DNA of 64,000 nucleotides from Escherichia coli (GTDB lineage Bacteria; Pseudomonadota; Gammaproteobacteria; Enterobacterales; Enterobacteriaceae): NCBI RefSeq assembly GCF_029227855.1, contig NZ_CP074356.1; one strand, 5' to 3'. Shown piece by piece: positions 56,822 to 64,000 of this stretch (position 1 is its first letter; each line of letters starts with the position of its first letter). The notes under the pieces were generated by a model. It saw only the letters and a program-made list of their open reading frames with translations, ran no database searches and was not told where the DNA came from. The position numbers and the translations under genes were made by a program.

Positions 56822-59236
56822 TCACCCCGCAAACTGCCTGAACAGCGCCTTACCCTTAACCAGCCGCGCGCCCAGCCAGCCGCCGAAAAGCGACAGCAGC
56901 AGTGCACCGCTGCACGGCAGCACAATCCACAATCGCCAGTCTGGCTCCCACGGGAAATCAAACACTTTCGCCTGCAACACTGCCAGCGCCGTTTCCGCAC
57001 CAATTGCAGCCACCAGGCCAGAAACAAACCCGAGCATGGCGAACTCACACCACAACGTGGTACGCAGCAGTTTTTTCCCCGCACCGAGTGTGCGCCACAC
57101 CACCAGCTCCTGATGACGCTGACGCATTCCCACCTGCACCTGTGCCAGCAACAGCAACATACCGCAGGCGGTGACCAGCACCACCATCACCTCCAGCGCC
57201 CGACTTACCTGCTCCAGCACCTGACCGACCTGTTTTAAAATCGCGCCAATGTCTAACAGGCTAATGGTCGGGAACTGGCGGTTGAGTTGCGTCAACATGC
57301 CGTTGCCATTCTCCCAGCGGAAACTGGTAAGCCAGCTCTGCGGTTGCCCGTCTAATGCCCCTTCAGGGAAAATAAAATAGAAATTAGGCCGCAGACTTTC
57401 CCAGTCCACTTTGCGCAGGCTGGTCACTTTAGCGCGGAACTCCTGGGTATCGCCCATAAAAGTCACAGTATCGCCGAGGGCAACGTTTAAGCGTTTCGCC
57501 AGCCCCTCTTCCATCGACACTTCATCGGCTTTTGGCGGCCAGTTACCGGCGACAATCGGATTATGATCGGGCCGCGTATTTTGCCAGGTAAGATTGAGTT
57601 CGCGGTTAAGCGCCTCATCTTCATTACCTTCTGTCGGCTTATCGTTAATCGCCGTCAGCCGCGCCCGCACCACCGGATAAAACGATTCCGGGACTATCTG
57701 ATGTTCCGCGAGGAACGCTTTTAGCGGTTCTACCTGTTCTGTGGCGATGTTAATTAAAAAGTAGTTCGGGCTTTCTGGAGGTAGCTGCTGCTGCCAGCGG
57801 TCGAGCAGATCGCCACGCAGCACCAGCAGCAGTGCCAACAGCATAAAGGAGAGCGAAAATGCCGAAAGCTGGCTTAACGTTGACCACGGCTGACGTAACA
57901 GGCGGCTAACCGCCAGGCGCAGAGGCAGCGATTTCAGCGTCATGCGGCGAAGTACATTCAGCAGCATCCAGCCCAGCACACCGCACAGCAAAGCCAGTAC
58001 TACCGCGCCCGCCAGCACCGCCCAAAGCAGCATGCTGCCACCCATTAATCCGGCGAGCAGCAGCACAACCACCACACTGACAATCGGCAGATAAAACTTC
58101 AGCGGCCAGACGTTCGCTACCACATCATTACGTAATACGCGTAAAGGCTGCGTTGCCAGCAACAAGCGGTATGGTCGTAGCCCCACCAGCAGCGAGATAA
58201 CCGTCATGGTGCCCAGCGCCCATAGCCACGGCCAGAGGCTGGCTGGCGGTAGTGCAGCAGGCAGAACGGGCTTGAGCAGCACCATCAACACGTTTTCGAA
58301 CAACAGGCCTATCGCCCCACCGGTAACGGCTGAAAGCGTCAGCACCATCAACCACTGACCGACGATTAGCTTACGCAGTTGCGCTCGCCCTGCCCCCAGC
58401 GTTTTGAGGATCGCCACCAGATCGTAGCGACTGCGACAGTAATGATTCATCGCCACCGCCACCGCTGCCACTGCCAGCAGCAAGGTCAGAAGCGCCGAAA
58501 GCAGCAGGAACTGTTGCGAGCGTTCCATCGAGCGCCCCAGCGCGCCTTCGTCCTGTTCCAGACCGTACCAGCGTTGTTCGGGTTTAAGCTGGGGTAACAA
58601 CCATTTCTCATAGCCGTCGAGCTGGTTCTCGTTGCCGCCGAATTTATAGCGCCAGGTGACCCGACTTCCCGGCTGCACGGCTCCGGTTTTATCGACATCC
58701 GCCAGATTCATCATCAGACGCGGAGCCATCTGGAAGGGGTTAAAACCGGAATCCGGTTCCTGAATCACTTCTCCGGCAATCCGCAAGGTGGCATCACCCA
58801 CGTCGATGGTGTCGCCTGTTTTCAGGTTAAGCAGTGCCATCAGGCGTGGGGCCAGCAATACGCTGCCCGCCTGCGGTTTCAGGCCAGGGGGATTGGTTTG
58901 CAGATCGCCATACATCGGATAGATATCATCCACCGCTTTGACGTTCGCCAGCTGCGGTGTGTCGCCTGCAAATGTCATGGTGGCGAAAGTCAGCTGCTTG
59001 CCGACTTTCAGGCCGCGCTTTTGCGCTTCCTCCAGCCACGCTTGCGGCACTTCGCGCGAACTGCGCAACGCCCGATCGCCCGCCATAAACTCCCGGCTTT
59101 GCTGGCTTAAGCCCTTCTCCATGCGATCGCTGATATTGCCCAGCGCCAGCACGCAGGCCACCGCCAGGCTTAGCGCCAGCCAGACAATTAATAGCGACGG
59201 CGAGCGCCATTCGCGCCAGAACCAACGTGCAATCAT
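56822..59236 (-). CDS. ybbP: YbbP, ABC transporter permease (FtsX-like)
   Basis: 804 aa. Confidence 0.9.
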   Translation of the reverse strand: MIARWFWREWRSPSLLIVWLALSLAVACVLALGNISDRMEKGLSQQSREFMAGDRALRSSREVPQAWLEEAQKRGLKVGKQLTFATMTFAGDTPQLANVKAVDDIYPMYGDLQTNPPGLKPQAGSVLLAPRLMALLNLKTGDTIDVGDATLRIAGEVIQEPDSGFNPFQMAPRLMMNLADVDKTGAVQPGSRVTWRYKFGGNENQLDGYEKWLLPQLKPEQRWYGLEQDEGALGRSMERSQQFLLLSALLTLLLAVAAVAVAMNHYCRSRYDLVAILKTLGAGRAQLRKLIVGQWLMVLTLSAVTGGAIGLLFENVLMVLLKPVLPAALPPASLWPWLWALGTMTVISLLVGLRPYRLLLATQPLRVLRNDVVANVWPLKFYLPIVSVVVVLLLAGLMGGSMLLWAVLAGAVVLALLCGVLGWMLLNVLRRMTLKSLPLRLAVSRLLRQPWSTLSQLSAFSLSFMLLALLLVLRGDLLDRWQQQLPPESPNYFLINIATEQVEPLKAFLAEHQIVPESFYPVVRARLTAINDKPTEGNEDEALNRELNLTWQNTRPDHNPIVAGNWPPKADEVSMEEGLAKRLNVALGDTVTFMGDTQEFRAKVTSLRKVDWESLRPNFYFIFPEGALDGQPQSWLTSFRWENGNGMLTQLNRQFPTISLLDIGAILKQVGQVLEQVSRALEVMVVLVTACGMLLLLAQVQVGMRQRHQELVVWRTLGAGKKLLRTTLWCEFAMLGFVSGLVAAIGAETALAVLQAKVFDFPWEPDWRLWIVLPCSGALLLSLFGGWLGARLVKGKALFRQFAG

Positions 59237-59919
59237 GCTTCCTCCTGCAACTGCCCGTTCACCAGCCGTAAGCAGCGGTCGCAGCGTGCCGCCAGTTGCA
59301 GGTCGTGGGTCACCATAATCAACGTGGTGCCATGCTCACGGTTGAGGGAAAACAGCAAGTCGGCAATTTTATCGCCCGTCTGGCGGTCAAGGTTGCCGGT
59401 GGGTTCGTCGGCAAACAGCACATCAGGTCGACCATTAAAGGCTCGCGCCAGCGCCACTCGTTGCTGTTCGCCGCCGGAAAGCTGTGCCGGAAGATGATCA
59501 AGACGTTTACCCAGCCCTAACTGTTCGAGCAACGCTTTCGCCCCGTTACGACTTTCCGCGCTACTCTCACCGCGCAGCAGCGCCGTAAGCTCGACGTTTT
59601 CCAGCGCGTTAAGGGTAGGAATTAACATAAATGACTGAAAAACAAAACCTACGTGCTTCGCGCGCAACTTTGCCCGCGCTTCTTCGTCCATATTATGTAG
59701 CGGTTGTCCCACCAGACTCACTTCGCCACTGCTGCCGTCATCCAGCCCGGCGAGGATCGCCAGCAAGGTTGACTTACCCGATCCCGACTCACCCACCAGT
59801 GCGATGGTCTCGCCACGTTTGACAACCAGCTCAACTCCGGTGAGGATGGAGAGTTCATGCTCCCCCTGACCGACGGACTTCTTAAGATGATGAACTTCAA
59901 CAATGTTTTCCGCTGGCAT
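59233..59919 (-). CDS. ybbA: YbbA, ABC transporter ATP-binding protein
   Basis: 228 aa with Walker A GESGSGKST; the stop overlaps the ybbP start. Confidence 0.9.
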   Translation of the reverse strand: MPAENIVEVHHLKKSVGQGEHELSILTGVELVVKRGETIALVGESGSGKSTLLAILAGLDDGSSGEVSLVGQPLHNMDEEARAKLRAKHVGFVFQSFMLIPTLNALENVELTALLRGESSAESRNGAKALLEQLGLGKRLDHLPAQLSGGEQQRVALARAFNGRPDVLFADEPTGNLDRQTGDKIADLLFSLNREHGTTLIMVTHDLQLAARCDRCLRLVNGQLQEEA

Positions 59920-60513
59920 TTGCCCTTCCTGTTCCTGGTCCTGTTAACCTTCCGTGCCGCCGCAGCGGACACGTTATTGATTCTGGGTGATAGCCTGAGC
60001 GCCGGGTATCGAATGTCTGCCAGCGCGGCCTGGCCTGCCTTGTTGAATGATAAGTGGCAGAGTAAAACGTCGGTAGTTAATGCCAGCATCAGCGGCGACA
60101 CCTCGCAACAAGGGCTGGCGCGCCTTCCGGCTCTGCTGAAACAGCATCAGCCGCGCTGGGTGCTGGTAGAACTGGGCGGCAATGACGGTTTGCGTGGTTT
60201 TCAGCCACAACAAACCGAGCAAACGCTGCGCCAGATTTTGCAGGATGTCAAAGCCGCCAACGCTGAACCATTGTTAATGCAAATACGTCTGCCTGCAAAC
60301 TATGGTCGCCGTTATAATGAAGCCTTTAGCGCCATTTACCCCAAACTCGCCAAAGAGTTTGATGTTCCGCTGCTGCCCTTTTTTATGGAAGAGGTCTACC
60401 TCAAACCACAATGGATGCAGGATGACGGTATTCATCCCAACCGCGACGCCCAGCCGTTTATTGCCGACTGGATGGCGAAGCAGTTGCAGCCTTTAGTAAA
60501 TCATGACTCATAA
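59887..60513 (+). CDS. tesA: Thioesterase I / protease I / lysophospholipase L1
   Basis: 208 aa from MMNFNNVFRW, SGNH hydrolase with GDSLS. Confidence 0.9.
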   Translation: MMNFNNVFRWHLPFLFLVLLTFRAAAADTLLILGDSLSAGYRMSASAAWPALLNDKWQSKTSVVNASISGDTSQQGLARLPALLKQHQPRWVLVELGGNDGLRGFQPQQTEQTLRQILQDVKAANAEPLLMQIRLPANYGRRYNEAFSAIYPKLAKEFDVPLLPFFMEEVYLKPQWMQDDGIHPNRDAQPFIADWMAKQLQPLVNHDS

Positions 60514-61312
60514 AGCAACGGAGATCCTGACAGGTAAAGTTATGCAAAAATCGGTCTTAATTACCGGATGTTCCAGTGGAATTGGCCTGGAAAGCGCGCT
60601 CGAATTAAAACGCCAGGGTTTTCATGTGCTGGCAGGTTGCCGGAAACAGGATGATGTTGAGCGCATGAACAGCATGGGATTTACCGGCGTGTTGATCGAT
60701 CTGGATTCACCAGAAAGTGTTGATCGCGCAGCCGACGAAGTGATCGCCCTGACCGATAATTGTCTGTATGGGATCTTTAACAATGCCGGATTCGGCATGT
60801 ATGGCCCCCTTTCCACCATCAGCCGTGCGCAGATGGAACAGCAGTTTTCTGCCAACTTTTTCGGCGCACACCAGCTCACCATGCGCCTGTTACCCGCGAT
60901 GTTACCGCACGGTGAAGGGCGTATTGTGATGACCTCATCGGTGATGGGATTAATCTCCACGCCGGGTCGCGGCGCTTACGCAGCCAGTAAATATGCGCTG
61001 GAGGCGTGGTCGGATGCGCTGCGCATGGAGCTGCGCCACAGCGGAATTAAAGTTAGCCTGATCGAACCCGGTCCCATTCGTACTCGCTTCACCGACAACG
61101 TCAACCAGACGCAAAGTGATAAACCAGTCGAAAATCCTGGCATCGCCGCCCGCTTTACGTTGGGACCGGAAGCGGTGGTCGACAAAGTGCGCCATGCTTT
61201 TATTAGCGAGAAACCGAAGATGCGCTATCCGGTAACGCTGGTGACCTGGGCGGTAATGGTGCTCAAGCGCCTGCTGCCGGGGCGCGTGATGGACAAAATA
61301 TTGCAGGGGTGA
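60503..61312 (+). CDS. ybbO: YbbO, short-chain dehydrogenase/reductase
   Basis: 269 aa with TGCSSGIG and YxxxK motifs. Confidence 0.9.
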   Translation: MTHKATEILTGKVMQKSVLITGCSSGIGLESALELKRQGFHVLAGCRKQDDVERMNSMGFTGVLIDLDSPESVDRAADEVIALTDNCLYGIFNNAGFGMYGPLSTISRAQMEQQFSANFFGAHQLTMRLLPAMLPHGEGRIVMTSSVMGLISTPGRGAYAASKYALEAWSDALRMELRHSGIKVSLIEPGPIRTRFTDNVNQTQSDKPVENPGIAARFTLGPEAVVDKVRHAFISEKPKMRYPVTLVTWAVMVLKRLLPGRVMDKILQG

Positions 61313-61330
61313 GTTGAAGCGCGCGCTTAA

Positions 61331-62227
<897 letters not shown>

Positions 62228-62257
62228 GTTTCCGTTGATCGGCACATGAACCACAAC

Positions 62258-62283
62258 GCCGGATGCGATGCTGCGCATCCGGC
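62258..62283. terminator. Bidirectional hairpin between convergent ybbN and fetB
   Basis: Inverted repeat gccggatgcgatgctgcgcatccggc. Confidence 0.55.
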
Positions 62284-62289
62284 ATTGCA

Positions 62290-63069
62290 TTATTTCTTCT
62301 TCAATTGCGTCACCACCAACTGGTGGCGCGAATTGTAAAACTTACGATAGGTCAAATAGCAGGCAATAATGGTCGACAGGCTGGCGGTTGAGAGCAGCAT
62401 AAAGGTCACCATAATCTGATATTTAATCGCCTTCACCGGATCAATCCCGGCAAATATCAGCCCGGACATCATTCCTGGTAAACTCACTAAGCCAACCGTT
62501 TTTGCTGAATCGACCGTCGGAATTAAAGCCGCGCGAATACTGTCGCGAATCAATATCGCTGAAGCCTGTTTCGGCGTCGCGCCAAGACTCAGTTTCTCCT
62601 GAATCTGTTGCTGTTCGCTAATCACCCGTTGCCCTAAATTGTTGTAACACAACCCCACCGCTACCATGGCGTTACCGGCTATCATCCCGGCGATAGGGAT
62701 CACCTGCATCGGGATAAATTCAATCGACCCGGAGAGAATCAGCACCGCCAGGGTAATTCCCGCACCAACCGTAATGGCAATAAACGATGAGATAAAAGCT
62801 TTAGCAATATATTTACTGCGTTTTTGCGCGTTCCACGCCGCATTAAAGCAGATAAATAACACCATCAATAATGTCAGGCTGGCATCATCCACGCTGAAAA
62901 TATACTTCAGCACATAGCCGACAATAATCAGCTGAATTATCGCGCGCCCGACGCTCCAGAGAATATCTTTCTCCAGCGCCAGTTTTTCTTTATGGCTAAT
63001 TAAGATTGCCACCACCACCAGCATTAATGCCAGTGCCAATGATTCGTTAGTAATATTATGCGAGTTCAT
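62290..63069 (-). CDS. fetB: FetB, iron-export ABC transporter permease
   Basis: 259 aa from MNSHNITNES, membrane protein. Confidence 0.85.
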   Translation of the reverse strand: MNSHNITNESLALALMLVVVAILISHKEKLALEKDILWSVGRAIIQLIIVGYVLKYIFSVDDASLTLLMVLFICFNAAWNAQKRSKYIAKAFISSFIAITVGAGITLAVLILSGSIEFIPMQVIPIAGMIAGNAMVAVGLCYNNLGQRVISEQQQIQEKLSLGATPKQASAILIRDSIRAALIPTVDSAKTVGLVSLPGMMSGLIFAGIDPVKAIKYQIMVTFMLLSTASLSTIIACYLTYRKFYNSRHQLVVTQLKKK

Positions 63070-63733
63070 AGCGTGCTTCCTGCATTTCTCCGGCATGCGG
63101 TTGCAGTGTAATCACCTTATCCGCATGATTAATTTCGTCTTTATCGTGTGTCACCCACAGCACAGCAATATTTTGCTCGCGCACATAACGATGGATCATC
63201 TCATTAACGTTATGTTTATTACTTTCATCCAGCGCACTGGTGATTTCATCCAGCAATAAAACCTTCGGCATAAATTGCAGGTTACGAATCAATGAGATGC
63301 GTTGTTTTTCACCACCAGATAGCTCGGCGATATTCTTCGTCAAAATGCTGTCCGGCAAAGCGAAGCGTTCAAGAAAATCGAGAAAAATGGCCGGGTCAGG
63401 CTGCTGGTTACGGATCTGCCAGGGAAAGATCAGATTATCGTATACCGTATCGCCAAACAGCGTCGGCGTCTGGGCGCAGTAAGACACTTGCTGGCGGTAG
63501 ATTTCTGGCTTTAGTGTGCTGACATCCTCACCTTCAAACAGTAACGTTCCGCTGGTTGGGCTGATCAATGAAGCAACTATTTTTAGCAGCGTACTTTTGC
63601 CACAACCAGAAGGACCGGTAATTAACTTAAATTCGCCAGCACGCAGCGAAAAATTGATGTTATTAAGAATCTTCGCATCACCCGCCAGATATCCTACGTT
63701 TTGTAGCTGAAGCAAAGGACTATTTTCCTGCAT
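63056..63733 (-). CDS. fetA: FetA, iron-export ABC transporter ATPase
   Basis: 225 aa with Walker A GPSGCGKST. Confidence 0.9.
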   Translation of the reverse strand: MQENSPLLQLQNVGYLAGDAKILNNINFSLRAGEFKLITGPSGCGKSTLLKIVASLISPTSGTLLFEGEDVSTLKPEIYRQQVSYCAQTPTLFGDTVYDNLIFPWQIRNQQPDPAIFLDFLERFALPDSILTKNIAELSGGEKQRISLIRNLQFMPKVLLLDEITSALDESNKHNVNEMIHRYVREQNIAVLWVTHDKDEINHADKVITLQPHAGEMQEARYELA

Positions 63734-63878
63734 CGCTGTTCCCTTTTTCTGATTTTTACTAAAAACAGTTTATCCTTCCCAGGAATAAGGGGGAACTCTC
63801 TTTCAGTAATCAGGTATAATTTGTTTAATCAAGCAGCAATTTTGCTGATTATGGACGGTACAACAGGAGGTTTTTCCG

Positions 63879-64000
63879 ATGCTTATCATTATCCCGATTC
63901 TCATTTTTGTCGCACTGGTCATTGTCGGCGCGGGCGTCAAAATCGTGCCGCAGGGCTATCAATGGACGGTAGAACGCTTTGGTCGCTATACCAAAACGTT
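63879..64000 (+). CDS. qmcA: QmcA (YbbK), SPFH/stomatin-family membrane protease modulator; 3'-truncated by the window edge
   Basis: ATG at 63879 preceded by CAGGAGG; N-terminus MLIIIPILIFVALVIVGAGVKIVPQGYQW. Confidence 0.8.
   Translation, partial: MLIIIPILIFVALVIVGAGVKIVPQGYQWTVERFGRYTKT

Overview
This window reads as an Escherichia coli-type chromosomal segment, in reverse orientation relative to the K-12 map; all identifications are from reading the ORF translations and DNA by eye, with no database search run. Roughly 9.1-51.2 kb and 56.8-64 kb are conserved core genome: nfrB-nfrA-ybcH, envY, tRNA-Arg (argU), fimZ, the sfm fimbrial operon, folD, ybcJ, ybcI, cysS, ppiB, lpxH, purEK, the complete allantoin/glyoxylate cluster (ybcF, ylbF, ylbE, fdrA, allDCE, glxK, ybbY, allB, ybbW, glxR, hyi, gcl, allR, allA, allS), selU, ylbG, then ybbP, ybbA, tesA, ybbO, ybbN, fetB, fetA and the start of qmcA. 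The accessory content is two Rhs polymorphic-toxin loci. The first (1 to ~9.0 kb) holds the 3' part of an Rhs core gene with a C-terminal toxin domain and overlapping immunity ORF, then an AT-rich island with an orphan immunity-like ORF, a PAAR-domain fragment, a frameshifted immunity-like gene, an orphan Rhs C-terminal toxin module with its own immunity ORF, an Rhs core fragment and an ISAs1-family (H-repeat) transposase. The second (51.2-56.4 kb, minus strand) is a full-length 1403-aa Rhs gene at the K-12 rhsD position with a different, Cys/His-rich toxin tip, an immunity candidate and a short Rhs 5' remnant. The toxin and immunity domains could not be assigned to any known family by inspection and are the best candidates for undescribed functions. 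argU lies 45 bp from envY, so the DLP12 prophage (with ompT and appY) appears absent. No CRISPR array or rRNA was seen.
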